From: Candidatus Nomurabacteria bacterium
GTDB lineage: Bacteria > Patescibacteriota > Minisyncoccia > Phycocordibacterales > UBA9973
Length of the DNA: 52,934 nucleotides
Assembly (NCBI GenBank): GCA_026395895.1
Contig: JAPLXV010000022.1
Span: 1-52,934 of the forward strand
Direction: 5' to 3'
In this document: positions 1 through 9,799 of the stretch, one piece after another
How the letters are laid out: each line of letters opens with the position of its first letter
Numbering within the stretch: the stretch's first letter is position 1
Translations under genes and position numbers: made by a program
The notes under the pieces: generated by a model
Databases searched by the model: none
Seen by the model: only the letters and a program-made list of their open reading frames with translations
What the model was told of the DNA's origin: nothing

Positions 1-134
1 GAACAGATTTTGCTACTATATCAAATGAAATGATTTCTCGTATTGAATATATACTTAATACGAGACCAAGAAAGCGTCTGGGTTGGAAGACGCCATTAGA
101 AGTTTTTAATGAAAGTGTTGCACTTCAATGTTGA
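1..134 (+). mobile_element. IS30-family transposase, C-terminal fragment (truncated by window start)
   Basis: Frame from nt 3 reads TDFATISNEMISRIEYILNTRPRKRLGWKTPLEVFNESVALQC*; LNxRPRKxLGxxTP is the typical IS30 C-terminal motif. Confidence 0.9.
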
Positions 135-141
135 ATGTACT
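116..141 (+). repeat. Right terminal inverted repeat of IS30 element
   Basis: tgttgcacttcaatgttgaatgtact overlaps the transposase stop and resembles IS30-family ends (TGTTGC...TTGAAT.TAC); the left IR is outside the window. Confidence 0.7.
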
Positions 142-212
142 GATTCATTTTATGACCTAAATCAGAATTTGTGCTATAATGAGTTCATTATAAGTTTAAT
201 CTTTTATTTTTT

Positions 213-653
213 ATGAAAAAAACATTCGTAATTATTGTAATATTAGTAGTAATTATAGTTGGGATTTATTTGGTTACCTCAAATAATAATTCAAATGTGA
301 CTCCGATAGACACTTCTCAAACGACTGCGCCAGTCACACAGTCACAAACTACGACTACTACCACTTCGACGACCGTTACTCCTAACACTTCTACAGCTGC
401 TAGTGTTTCTGTGGATATTAGAAATTTCTCTTTTAGTCCAGCTACACTAACAATTAAATCAGGGACAAAAGTAACATGGGTTAATAATGACACAGTAGCT
501 CATACAATCACATCAGATTCTGGTAATCTGCTTAATTCTCCAATTATTTCCTCAGGGCAATCATTTGATTTCACTTTTACCACTGTTGGTTCTGTGAGTT
601 ATCATTGTGCTATTCATCCTTCAATGAAGGGGACAGTTACAGTGGAGAAATAG
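213..653 (+). CDS. Membrane-anchored cupredoxin (plastocyanin/azurin family)
   Basis: N-terminal TM helix, Thr-rich linker, type-1 copper ligands H (AHTIT) and C-x2-H-x2-M (CAIHPSM). Confidence 0.85.
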   Translation: MKKTFVIIVILVVIIVGIYLVTSNNNSNVTPIDTSQTTAPVTQSQTTTTTTSTTVTPNTSTAASVSVDIRNFSFSPATLTIKSGTKVTWVNNDTVAHTITSDSGNLLNSPIISSGQSFDFTFTTVGSVSYHCAIHPSMKGTVTVEK

Positions 654-707
654 AAAATCCTACTTTTACTTTTTATTTTGCATAAAAAAATGCTATATTT
701 TTTGTAT

Positions 708-779
708 GGCCCTATCGTCTAACGGCTAGGACGTATCCTTCTCAAGGATAAAATCAGAGTCCGATTCTCTGTAGGGTCA
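708..779 (+). tRNA. tRNA-Glu(CTC)
   Basis: Acceptor ggcccta/tagggtc, anticodon arm tatcc-ttCTCaa-ggata, T arm cagag-tccgatt-ctctg; no encoded CCA. Confidence 0.93.
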
Positions 780-791
780 CAAAAACAAACG

Positions 792-829
792 GCGCATACC
801 TTTAAAGAATATGCGCTTCGTTTTCTTTT
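792..829. terminator. Probable hairpin terminator between convergent tRNA-Glu and small ORF
   Basis: gcgcata...tatgcgc stem with T-rich run downstream and A-rich run upstream. Confidence 0.5.
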
Positions 830-1013
830 AGACAAGAAACAAAATCTTTCTGGGGTCCGAACCTTTCAAGTTCAGACTTGCGTGATTTACTTCATGTCCG
901 GCTTCCCGTAATTTTCTTTCTGCTATACTTAAATTGTTTTTTTCTTCCCTCCGTTTGATTTTCTTTTCGTTTAATTTTTGTCTTTTTATTCTTAGAATTT
1001 TGTGAACACACAT
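828..1013 (-). CDS. Small basic hypothetical protein (61 aa)
   Basis: Has its own TTGACT-17-TATACT promoter (1098..1070) and AAGGAG SD 6 nt before ATG. Confidence 0.6.
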   Translation of the reverse strand: MCVHKILRIKRQKLNEKKIKRREEKNNLSIAERKLREAGHEVNHASLNLKGSDPRKILFLV

Positions 1014-1126
1014 AAGACACTCCTTAAATTTATTAGAAAAAATTAATTAAAAGAACCACTAAGCTTTGTAGTATATATCTAATTTATATAAAAGTCAATC
1101 AAAATTGTGGAAAACTCTTTATTTAT

Positions 1127-2170
1127 CTAGTCTTCCAATTTTGGTTTTTCTAAAGAAAGAGTGGAAAGTTCCGGTGAAGTGCCAGCGATGCGAAGCACAT
1201 CTTTGTCGACTTTCCCCCATTCTTTTTTGGAAGTATTATAATGATTTACCACAGTACCGAGAGCATTGCCAAGTTTATCGTGATATTCATCAAAAGATTT
1301 TAAATGTTTTGTTAATTCGCCAACTCTTTTTATTATTTCTTTTGTTTTTTCCTCTATATGCATAGCCCTCAATCCTTGAAGGACAGTTTGCAAATAAGCC
1401 AGAAAAGAAGTAGGGGAAGTGATGATGACTTTGTATTTTCCAGCAGCCCGTTGAATTAAATTTTCATTATCTTCTCCCGCTCCAACTTTGTTTGTCAGAA
1501 GATCGTAATAAATAGCCTCATGCGGGATAAACATAAAAGCAAAATCAGTCGTATCTTTTTCAGGTTGTATATATTTTGCAGTTTCAGTAATTCTATTTTT
1601 TAAATCATTTACAAAAACTGTTTCCAGTCTTTTCTTTTCAGCTGGGTTATTTTCTTCTACCATTTTGTTGTAGTTTTCCAAAGAAAATTTTGAATCTATT
1701 GGAATAATTTTATCTTTGACAAATACTACAGCATCCACAATGGTACCATCAGGAAATGGATATTGCATTTGGTAGCTTTCAGGGGGAAGAACATTTTTCA
1801 AAACTGTTTCTAAATAATATTCACCCAGTATTCCACGTTGTTTTGGATTTTTTAAAATATCTTGCAAACTTTGAAGCTGGTCAGCAAAAGAGATAACTTG
1901 CTTATTGGTTTCGTCTAATCTTGTCAGTCTTTCTGTTACATCCCGAATTATTTCATTTGATTGAGAAGAATGAAATTTTAAGCTTTCCTGTACTTGTTTA
2001 TGAGATTCACCGAGTTTGTTGTCTACTGTTCTTGATAATTCATTTAGTTGCTGGAGTATGAGTTGAAGTCCTGTATCATTTTCAGGTTTTTTATCTTTTT
2101 TCCCAAACAAAAAATAAGCAATAATGCCTCCAACCAAAACTGCAATGATAATTATTAAAATAATTTCCAT
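1127..2170 (-). CDS. rmuC: DNA recombination protein RmuC
   Basis: N-terminal TM, coiled coil, K.RG.LGE, IDSKF, DFAFMFIP.E, SPTSFLA motifs. Confidence 0.92.
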   Translation of the reverse strand: MEIILIIIIAVLVGGIIAYFLFGKKDKKPENDTGLQLILQQLNELSRTVDNKLGESHKQVQESLKFHSSQSNEIIRDVTERLTRLDETNKQVISFADQLQSLQDILKNPKQRGILGEYYLETVLKNVLPPESYQMQYPFPDGTIVDAVVFVKDKIIPIDSKFSLENYNKMVEENNPAEKKRLETVFVNDLKNRITETAKYIQPEKDTTDFAFMFIPHEAIYYDLLTNKVGAGEDNENLIQRAAGKYKVIITSPTSFLAYLQTVLQGLRAMHIEEKTKEIIKRVGELTKHLKSFDEYHDKLGNALGTVVNHYNTSKKEWGKVDKDVLRIAGTSPELSTLSLEKPKLED

Positions 2171-2174
2171 ATAA

Positions 2175-2891
2175 TTATTTCCCTAAATAATGTTTTAAAG
2201 TGTAAATCCAATCTTCGTCAATTTGATCGCCTTCGATTTTTTGGGCTAATAGCCATTCCAAATATCCACGGTCAGTACGCATTATTTCTTCTATACTTTT
2301 GCCGTTATGTTTTCCGAACCTGATTGATTTAAAAAGCGATGGATGAGAAGAGATCTCTATCATTTTTTGTATTGCTTTGTTTTCATCTATTTTTTCTTGT
2401 TCTATTAATTTTTTCTTTAATCTTTCATAAAGTTTTTCCAATACCAAGACATCTCCAAGAGCATCATGAGCGGCAGCATTTATTTCAATATCTAAAAAGT
2501 ATCGTAAATATTGCAAATTGTATTTCTCTATCTTTTCATCCGGATCTAAATATCTGGAAAGTCTTAAAGTGCAAATAAAATTTGTAGGAGTAATGTCTTC
2601 CTTTTTTATAATCATCAAATCAAAAGGGGCATTATGGGCCACCACTACCGAATTTTTATTTTCAAAAAGCTCTTTGATTTTTGGTAAATCACTGCTTTCA
2701 CTAAAAGCAGGTTTATCTTCTAACATTTTATTTGAAATATGATGTACAGCCGAAGCTTCTGGAGGAACTTTTATTGGGGGTTTATAAAGGCCAACAAAAG
2801 TATCATTACCACTTTTATAGGCGATTTGGCATAAAAAATCCTTTTCTGTATTACCAGTAGTCTCCGTATCAAAAAAGATGATATTTGGCAT
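2175..2891 (-). CDS. DEDDh 3'-5' exonuclease (DnaQ/ExoX-like) with C-terminal FGKH domain
   Basis: FFDTETTG, VAHNAPFD, HDALGD; C-terminal FGKHNG...YLEWL. Confidence 0.88.
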   Translation of the reverse strand: MPNIIFFDTETTGNTEKDFLCQIAYKSGNDTFVGLYKPPIKVPPEASAVHHISNKMLEDKPAFSESSDLPKIKELFENKNSVVVAHNAPFDLMIIKKEDITPTNFICTLRLSRYLDPDEKIEKYNLQYLRYFLDIEINAAAHDALGDVLVLEKLYERLKKKLIEQEKIDENKAIQKMIEISSHPSLFKSIRFGKHNGKSIEEIMRTDRGYLEWLLAQKIEGDQIDEDWIYTLKHYLGK

Positions 2892-2923
2892 TAGTATATT
2901 TTAACATATTTTGTTATAATTTA

Positions 2924-3063
2924 GGAAGAATATTGTTTTTAGAAAGCCTTGCGCAGGAGCTTAGAAAATAAAGGAGGTAATCTGACTATTATTTTCTTGA
3001 GCGACGAGCAGTTCGCTGGCAAAGCTTTGCCAGATAGATTGCTTTATAAAAATAATATTTTCC
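2924..3063. repeat. Structured intergenic element with terminal inverted repeats and internal palindrome
   Basis: ggaagaatattgttttt ... aaaaataatattttcc ends; internal perfect palindrome ctggcaaagctttgccag (3016-3033). Confidence 0.65.
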
Positions 3064-3072
3064 ATAAATTAT

Positions 3073-3522
3073 ATGTTACATGAACAAATCAAAAATAGTA
3101 TAAAAGAAGCGATGTTGGCAAAAAATACCGTTTTACTTGAGACTTTGCGAAGTATGGTAGCCGCCTTTACTAATGAACTTGTTTCAAAAGGAAAAAAGCC
3201 GAATGAAATGCTAGATGATGAAGGAGCACTTGCTGTCATTACTCGTCTTTCAAAACAAAGAAAAGATTCGATAGAACAATTCAAAAAGGGGAATCGAGAA
3301 GATTTAGTAAAAGTAGAAGAAGCGCAATTAGCTATTTTGGAAACTTATTTACCGAAACTAATGGAGAAAAGTGAAATTGAAAAAATCGCGAAAGAGAAAA
3401 AAGAGGAATTAAATATTACAGATGCAACCAAAAAAGGAATGTTAATGTCCGCATTAATGAAAGATTTAAAAGGTAAGGCAGACGGGGGGATTGTTAAAGA
3501 GGTGGTAGATAGTCTTTTTTAA
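3073..3522 (+). CDS. GatB/YqeY domain protein
   Basis: AMLAK...KQRKDSIEQF..G.REDL...E..IL..YLP, G.LM..L.GKADG. Confidence 0.92.
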   Translation: MLHEQIKNSIKEAMLAKNTVLLETLRSMVAAFTNELVSKGKKPNEMLDDEGALAVITRLSKQRKDSIEQFKKGNREDLVKVEEAQLAILETYLPKLMEKSEIEKIAKEKKEELNITDATKKGMLMSALMKDLKGKADGGIVKEVVDSLF

Positions 3523-3528
3523 TACTTT

Positions 3529-4158
3529 ATGTATACAGTCAAATTTTTAACTACTTTAGTGGAGCAGCATCAAATACTAGCTTATGGTGCTATTTTTCTT
3601 GGCCTCATTTTTGAGGGGGAAGTAGTTGTTATTACCACCGGAGTTTTAGCTTATCTTGGAGCTTTAGATTTTACCTTATCGCTTGTTCTTATTTTTACTG
3701 GAAGTTTTGTAAAAACTTTTGTTTTGTATTATTTAGGAGAAGTAGTAAATAAAAAATTTAGTCATAGCAAGTTTTTTCAATTCATTGAAAAAAGAGTGCT
3801 CTTTTTTATGCCCAGATTTAAACAAAAACCATTTTGGTCTATCTTTCTTTCAAAATTTATTATGGGAACGAATTACTTAGTTATTTTATTTTCAGGATAT
3901 ATTAAAATTAATTTGAAAACTTTTTTAAAAGCAGAAGTCATTTCCACGATTATTTGGGCACCCCTTCTTTTATCTCTTGGATTTTTCTTTAGTCAAACGG
4001 CTATTTCAATAAGTAAAGAAATAGGTAAATTTTCTTTAATTATTTTCGCTTTTGTTATAGTCTTTTTGCTTTTTGATAAGATTGTTTCTTCTATTTATAC
4101 TTTCTTTGAATATTTTAAAAATGGAGTTAATGGAAACGGAAATGGAGACAAAGAGTAA
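3529..4158 (+). CDS. DedA/VTT family membrane protein
   Basis: Multi-TM; FEGE, LSKFI.G and G-rich pattern of DedA proteins. Confidence 0.75.
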   Translation: MYTVKFLTTLVEQHQILAYGAIFLGLIFEGEVVVITTGVLAYLGALDFTLSLVLIFTGSFVKTFVLYYLGEVVNKKFSHSKFFQFIEKRVLFFMPRFKQKPFWSIFLSKFIMGTNYLVILFSGYIKINLKTFLKAEVISTIIWAPLLLSLGFFFSQTAISISKEIGKFSLIIFAFVIVFLLFDKIVSSIYTFFEYFKNGVNGNGNGDKE

Positions 4159-5098
4159 AACAATACATTCGAATACCTCAGTACCTATGGTCAAATTGGT
4201 TACACATAATGGATCTTTTCACGCGGACGATGTTTTTGCTGCGGCCACACTTTCTTTAATGTTAGAAAAAAAGGGAGAAAGTTTTGAAATAATTCGCACT
4301 CGCAATCATGAAATAATAAAAGAGGGGGACTATGTTTTTGATGTGGGTGGCACATACGATGCAGATGCTAATAGATTTGATCATCATCAAATAGGAGGAG
4401 CAGGAAAAAGACCAGTTCTACCAAGTTTAGGTGGGGAAAACGGTATAGAATATGCTTCTTTTGGTCTTGTTTGGAAAAAATTTGGTAAAGAATTAACTGG
4501 ATCAGATAAAATAGTTGAATTGATAGATAAACATATTGCTATTCCCATAGACGCATCAGATAATGGTTTTGATTTAGTTGAAAGTAAATATAATGCTTTA
4601 CCTTATTCCATTCAACATTTTTTTGAGTCAATGAGTCCTACTTGGCGTGAAACTAATATAACTGATGATGAAATATTTTTAAAATGTATAGAAATTGCAA
4701 AAATAGTTTTGTCTAGGGAAATTATTCAAGCTAGAGATTCTATTTTGGCAGAAGAAAAAGTTATATCAATTTATCAAAAAGCGACAGATAAAAGAATAAT
4801 CGTTTTAGATGAAAATTATCCATACCAAGATATTTTAGATAATTTAAAAGAATTGCTTTTTATTATTTATCCTAGGACCAATGATAATCTTTGGGGAGTA
4901 AAAGCAGCTAGAAAAAATAAAACAACTTTTAAAAATAGGAAAGATTTTCCAAAAAGTTGGGCAGGGCTTCGAGATGAAGAATTACAGAAAGTAACGGGAG
5001 TATCTGATGCTGTGTTTTGTCATAAAGCACTTTTCTTAGCTGTTGCGAAAAGTAAAGAAGGAGCAATCAAATTAGCAGAATTAGCACTTTCGGTGTAA
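4142..5098 (+). CDS. MYG1 family exonuclease (DHH-like)
   Basis: THNGSFHADD, DVGG.YD, FDHHQ, FP..WAGL, FCH...F; start codon uncertain (ORF open from 4073). Confidence 0.9.
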   Translation: METKSKTIHSNTSVPMVKLVTHNGSFHADDVFAAATLSLMLEKKGESFEIIRTRNHEIIKEGDYVFDVGGTYDADANRFDHHQIGGAGKRPVLPSLGGENGIEYASFGLVWKKFGKELTGSDKIVELIDKHIAIPIDASDNGFDLVESKYNALPYSIQHFFESMSPTWRETNITDDEIFLKCIEIAKIVLSREIIQARDSILAEEKVISIYQKATDKRIIVLDENYPYQDILDNLKELLFIIYPRTNDNLWGVKAARKNKTTFKNRKDFPKSWAGLRDEELQKVTGVSDAVFCHKALFLAVAKSKEGAIKLAELALSV

Positions 5099-5191
5099 AA
5101 TTAAGAAAATCAAAAATTTCTGAGCCTTCGCCCTCGGAGTCATAAGGACAGGGGATCCACGACTCTTAAAATTTTTATTTTCTTAATTTTA
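5096..5191. repeat. MITE-like hairpin element with ~23 bp AT-rich terminal inverted repeats
   Basis: taaaattaagaaaat(c)aaaaattt / aaatttttattttcttaatttta around a GC-rich core; fills the whole intergenic gap. Confidence 0.75.
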
Positions 5192-5192
5192 T

Positions 5193-6191
5193 ATGGCCTT
5201 CATTGATGAAATAAAAATATATGCAGAAGCTGGACGCGGTGGAGACGGTGTGGTTCGTTGGCGTCAGGAAAAATTTATACCGAAAGGCGGACCAGCCGGA
5301 GGAGATGGTGGGCGCGGCGGAGATTTTTACGTGCAAGCTGTGCGTGATATTCACATACTTTCAAAATACAAAGCGAAAAAAAGTTTTAGCGCTGAGCGCG
5401 GGGAAGATGGTGGCAAAAAAAGTTTGCATGGAAAAAAAGGGGATGATTTTGTTTTAGAATTACCGATTGGTTCCATCATTACTAATTTAGAAACTGATGA
5501 AAAATGGCAATTATTAAAAGAGGAAGAAAAGGTTTTGCTTTTGAAGGGCGGATATGGAGGATATGGTAATGAACATTTTAAAAGTTCCACTAATACCACT
5601 CCAAAAGAAAATAAACCAGGGGTAGATGGAGAGCATGGTAATTTTCATATTGAACTGGAACTTTTTGCTGATATTGGGCTAGTTGGGCTACCAAATGCCG
5701 GTAAATCGTCCTTATTGAACGCTATAACCAATGCTGACGCCAAGGTGGGAGATTATGAGTTTACGACCTTAGATCCGAATTTAGGGGATTTTTACGGATA
5801 CACTATTGCGGACATTCCAGGACTGATAGAAGGAGCGAATACAGGCAAAGGTTTGGGGGTAAAATTTTTGCGACATATTAAACGTACAAAAATGATTGCG
5901 CATTTAGTTTCTTTCGAAAATGCTAATATGGTTAAAAGATATAAAGAAATTCGAAAGGAGTTAGAAAAATATGATAAAAATTTAGGTTTAGGCGAAGAAG
6001 GATTGTCAAAAAAAGATGAAATAATTGTTTTGACTAAGTCAGATGTGGTAGAAGATAATAAATTTATAGAAAAAAAGAAAAAAGAATTTGAAAAATTAAG
6101 CAAAAAAGTTTTTGTTCTCTCCTTATATAATGATAAATCAGTAAAAACTTTTCGAGACGAATTAGTGAAAATTCTAGGAAAAAAGGTATAA
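5193..6191 (+). CDS. obgE: GTPase ObgE
   Basis: Gly-rich Obg fold, GLPNAGKS, FTTL.P, DIPG. Confidence 0.97.
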   Translation: MAFIDEIKIYAEAGRGGDGVVRWRQEKFIPKGGPAGGDGGRGGDFYVQAVRDIHILSKYKAKKSFSAERGEDGGKKSLHGKKGDDFVLELPIGSIITNLETDEKWQLLKEEEKVLLLKGGYGGYGNEHFKSSTNTTPKENKPGVDGEHGNFHIELELFADIGLVGLPNAGKSSLLNAITNADAKVGDYEFTTLDPNLGDFYGYTIADIPGLIEGANTGKGLGVKFLRHIKRTKMIAHLVSFENANMVKRYKEIRKELEKYDKNLGLGEEGLSKKDEIIVLTKSDVVEDNKFIEKKKKEFEKLSKKVFVLSLYNDKSVKTFRDELVKILGKKV

Positions 6192-6229
6192 CCCCGTAGT
6201 AGAACTTTAAAAAAATTTCACTACAGGGT
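6191..6229. repeat. Intergenic palindrome, ccccgtagt...actacgggg family
   Basis: accccgtagt-agaa...ttc-actacagggt; related copies at 12351 and 34321. Confidence 0.7.
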
Positions 6230-6240
6230 ATAATAAAGTT

Positions 6241-7722
6241 ATGGGAAAGAAATATTACCCGACAATTGGGCTTGAAATACACGCTGAGTTGAAGACAAAC
6301 ACGAAAATGTTTTGTAGTTGCAAGAATGACCCTGATGAAAAAAAACCGAATGTAAATATTTGTCCTGTTTGCATGGCGCATCCGGGAGCTTTGCCAGTCA
6401 TTAATAAAAAAGCTATCGAAAATGTTATCAAAGTTGGTTTGGCGATAGAAGGGAAAATTGCTGATTTTACAGAATTTGATAGAAAAAATTATTTTTATCC
6501 AGATATACCGAAAGGTTATCAGATTTCTCAATATAAATATCCGATAGTTTCCGGGGGGCATTTGGCAGATTTTGACGTCACTCGAGTGCATTTAGAAGAA
6601 GATACGGCTAATAATAAACATTTCCCCGAAGCCCAGCTTAGGGGAGTTGGAGTTTCCCCTAAGCTGGGCTTCGGGGAAGAAGGATACTCTTTAATCGATT
6701 TCAATCGCGCTGGGGTTCCTTTGATGGAACTCGTGACAGAGCCGGTGACTTTCGAAGATGCTGAAAAAGCTGCCAAGAGCGCTTCTTCGTTTGCAAAAGA
6801 ACTCCAGTTAATACTTTGGTATCTTGGAGTGTCCGAAGCGAATATGGAAAAAGGAGAAATGAGAGTGGAGGCAAATATTTCGGTTTCTGAAAATAAGAAA
6901 AAATTAGGTACGAAAGTGGAAGTAAAAAATTTGAACTCTTTTAAGAGTGTAGAAAAAGCCATCAAATTTGAATTAGATAGAATGATAAAACTTTCTGAGG
7001 ATGGTAAAGATCAAGAAATAGTACAAGAAACTCGAGGTTGGGATGAAGGAGGACAAAAGACATTTTCACAGAGAAAAAAAGAATCTAGTCATGACTACAG
7101 ATATTTTCCAGAACCAGATTTACCAAAAATGAAACTTCACGAAGCTTTTGATTTGGAAAAAATGAAAAAAGAATTACCAGAATTGCCTCAGGCAAAAAGA
7201 TTGAGATATAAAAAAGATTTTGGGATTAAAGATGAAGACATAGAAAGTTATATTAATGATTTTGAGCTAGGAAAATGGTTTGAAGAAATTGCGATATTTT
7301 TAAAAAATCCTGAGGAAGTTAAAATAGCTTCAAACTATATTACTTCTGATTATTTGGGAATCAAAAAAACGCAGACGGAAGCAAGGCTTCCGTCTGCGGG
7401 AAACTTTGCAGAACTTATAAATTTGGTTGCAGATAATAAAATTTCTTCGCGTGTGGCGAAAGACATTTTAGCTATGATTGTTTTGAAAGATGAATCTCCG
7501 CTTAAAATCGCGACAGAAAAAAGTTTATTGCAGAAAAACGACGAGAAAGAAGTAAAAACTATCGTAGAGAAAATAGTTAAAGAAAATCCAGAAGTTGTGG
7601 CTACTTATAAGGCTGGTAAAGAAAACGCCATAATGTCCTTGGTTGGGAAAGTGATAAAAGAAAGTAAAGGTAGTGCCAATCCACAAATTGTTATCAAAAT
7701 GTTGAAGGATTTGCTAAAATAG
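6241..7722 (+). CDS. gatB: Asp/Glu-tRNA amidotransferase subunit B
   Basis: IGLEIHAEL, FDRKNYFYPD, HLEED, DFNRAGVPLME, YRYFPEPDL. Confidence 0.97.
   Translation: MGKKYYPTIGLEIHAELKTNTKMFCSCKNDPDEKKPNVNICPVCMAHPGALPVINKKAIENVIKVGLAIEGKIADFTEFDRKNYFYPDIPKGYQISQYKYPIVSGGHLADFDVTRVHLEEDTANNKHFPEAQLRGVGVSPKLGFGEEGYSLIDFNRAGVPLMELVTEPVTFEDAEKAAKSASSFAKELQLILWYLGVSEANMEKGEMRVEANISVSENKKKLGTKVEVKNLNSFKSVEKAIKFELDRMIKLSEDGKDQEIVQETRGWDEGGQKTFSQRKKESSHDYRYFPEPDLPKMKLHEAFDLEKMKKELPELPQAKRLRYKKDFGIKDEDIESYINDFELGKWFEEIAIFLKNPEEVKIASNYITSDYLGIKKTQTEARLPSAGNFAELINLVADNKISSRVAKDILAMIVLKDESPLKIATEKSLLQKNDEKEVKTIVEKIVKENPEVVATYKAGKENAIMSLVGKVIKESKGSANPQIVIKMLKDLLK
6622..6678. repeat. In-frame palindromic element in gatB
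   Basis: Perfect 24-bp IR ttccccgaagcccagcttagggga, 9-nt loop; 57 nt encoding FPEAQLRGVGVSPKLGFGE. Confidence 0.92.
7370..7398. repeat. Second in-frame palindrome in gatB
   Basis: cgcagacggaagc-aag-gcttccgtctgcg, perfect 13-bp stem. Confidence 0.8.
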
Positions 7723-7726
7723 AAGG

Positions 7727-8587
7727 ATGAAAACATTACGTGAATACATAAAAGAAGCGGAAGAAAAAGGAGTGGCTATCGGCCATTTTAATATTTCTAA
7801 TCTAGAAGGGTTACATGGGATTTATAATGCCGCGAAAAAATTGAGTTTACCTATTGTAATCGGTCTTTCAGAAGGGGAAGAAAATTTTGTTGGCAGAGAA
7901 GAAGCAGTAGCTCTTATTCAGGCTATTCGTCAGAGAGATAATTATCCAATATTTTTAAATGCTGATCATCATTATAATTTTGAATCGGTAAAATTAGCGC
8001 TGGATGCGGGTTATGACTCTGCTATTATTGATGCTGTAAAATTACCTCTTGAAGAAAATATCATACTTACTAAAAAATGTGTGGATTATGCGAAAAGTTT
8101 AAACAGAGAAGTGCTTATAGAAGCTGAACTTGGTTTTATTGGAACTTCTTCAAAATTGTTAGACGAAATTCCAGAAGGAATTTCGGAAGCAACAATGACT
8201 AAACCTGAAGACGCGAAATATTTTGTAGAAAAAACTAGTATTGATTTACTTGCACCATCTGTGGGGAATGTGCATGGAATGGTCAAAGGAGGAAATCCGA
8301 GATTAGATATCGAAAGAATAAAAAAGATTCGTGAAGCTTGTGGTGTGCCTTTAGTCTTACATGGTGGTTCCGGAATTTCTGATGAAGATTTTACTGATGC
8401 TATAAAAGCGGGGATTTCTATGATTCACATAAATACTGAAATACGTGTAGCTTATAGAGAAGCTCTAGAAAAATATTTGAAAGAAAATCCAAAAGAAGTT
8501 GCGCCTTATAAAACATTACAACCAGCCGTGGAAACCATAGAAAAAGTAGTCGAAGCTCGATTGAAACTTTTTAATCATATAAAATAA
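7727..8587 (+). CDS. fba: Class II fructose-bisphosphate aldolase
   Basis: DH motif (NADHH), EAELG, GNVHG, LVLHGGSG, INT. Confidence 0.92.
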   Translation: MKTLREYIKEAEEKGVAIGHFNISNLEGLHGIYNAAKKLSLPIVIGLSEGEENFVGREEAVALIQAIRQRDNYPIFLNADHHYNFESVKLALDAGYDSAIIDAVKLPLEENIILTKKCVDYAKSLNREVLIEAELGFIGTSSKLLDEIPEGISEATMTKPEDAKYFVEKTSIDLLAPSVGNVHGMVKGGNPRLDIERIKKIREACGVPLVLHGGSGISDEDFTDAIKAGISMIHINTEIRVAYREALEKYLKENPKEVAPYKTLQPAVETIEKVVEARLKLFNHIK

Positions 8588-8666
8588 AAATGTATTCACA
8601 GCTTTTCGAAACAATTAGAAACTTTTTGCACTGGATTCAAATTTTTTTTGACTAATATAAATTTAT

Positions 8667-9197
8667 ATGGAATATTTAGATATATGTGATAGTGAAGGAA
8701 ATTTGTTAGGAATAAAGAAAACTAAAAAAGAAGCTCATGACAAAGGACTTTGGCATAGAGCAGTTCATGTTTGGATTATTAATTCAAAGAAAGAAGTATT
8801 GATTCAAAAACGTTCTCATTTAGTGGAAAATCATCCAAATCTATGGGATATTTCAGCAGCTGGACATGTTTCTGCTGGAGAAGATTATATAACTTCAGTT
8901 TTAAGAGAAACAGAAGAAGAAATTGGTTTAAAACTTAAACCAGAAGATTTTATCCGAATTGGAATAGTAAAAAATATATCTGCGAGGAGGGGGTATATCA
9001 ACAATGAAGTAGACCCAGTTTACATTGTAAAAATGGATTTAGAAGTAAATAAGATAAAAAAACAAGAAGAAGAAGTTTCTGAAATAAAATTTATATCATA
9101 CAAAAAACTTGAACAAATTATTAAAAGCAATGACCCGACTTTTGTGCAACATCCAGAGGAATATAAATTACTCTTTGATTATATTAGTAAAAATTAA
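8667..9197 (+). CDS. NUDIX hydrolase (IPP isomerase-like)
   Basis: H..GLWHRAVH, Nudix box GHVSAGE...RETEEEIG. Confidence 0.88.
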   Translation: MEYLDICDSEGNLLGIKKTKKEAHDKGLWHRAVHVWIINSKKEVLIQKRSHLVENHPNLWDISAAGHVSAGEDYITSVLRETEEEIGLKLKPEDFIRIGIVKNISARRGYINNEVDPVYIVKMDLEVNKIKKQEEEVSEIKFISYKKLEQIIKSNDPTFVQHPEEYKLLFDYISKN

Positions 9198-9760
9198 AGT
9201 TTTAGTTTATTTTCTAAATACGATTCAGGGTAGCCTTTTTTGATTCGTTTATTTTCTATATCTATAATCCCAAGATTTTCTAAAAATTTTATGCATTCTT
9301 CTTTTGCTTCTTTTTCATCCTTAAAATCTCCTTTGGCTTCTGCTTCTATAAAATAGCCTAACCCTGTGACGTTATCTAACGCGACTTCAATATCACTACA
9401 CATCCAGTATTCTCTGTATTTTTCTATAGTCACAGATTTTTTAAAATCTAAGAACCCCAAGATTTTTTCTAATTCACTTTTGTCTGAAACTTCTGTCTCA
9501 TATTCTTCTGCATAATCATAATCTCCATCTTCTCTCTGATTTACAGATCTAGTGTATTCCCAAACAACCTTATCTGGATCGGTTCTTATGCGGAGCCATT
9601 CTACTGGGTGAGGTTTTCTTGCAAAAAAATCTCTGTGACTGGGAACATAATAATCATCAATTTGTTTTATGGATTTTATCAATTTTCCTATTTTTGAGAC
9701 TTTTTCTTTAATTTCTTCAAAATTGTCTATTTTTACTTTTATTTCAACTTCTATATTCAT
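9194..9760 (-). CDS. CYTH domain protein (class IV adenylate cyclase-like)
   Basis: ExExK at N-terminus, Q.D.YY, LRIR, E.ET, K.RE, D.V.GLG.FIE.E; start reassigned to MNIEVEIK. Confidence 0.88.
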   Translation of the reverse strand: MNIEVEIKVKIDNFEEIKEKVSKIGKLIKSIKQIDDYYVPSHRDFFARKPHPVEWLRIRTDPDKVVWEYTRSVNQREDGDYDYAEEYETEVSDKSELEKILGFLDFKKSVTIEKYREYWMCSDIEVALDNVTGLGYFIEAEAKGDFKDEKEAKEECIKFLENLGIIDIENKRIKKGYPESYLENKLKL

Positions 9761-9799
9761 GTTTTTATTATAGCAGAAAATGTTATAATAATAAAATAG

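Noticed and set aside
4120-4190. aatgga repeats at the dedA/MYG1 overlap and a possible repeat remnant in the MYG1 N-terminus
   Set aside because: Short low-complexity sequence with no clear stem and no second copy in the window.
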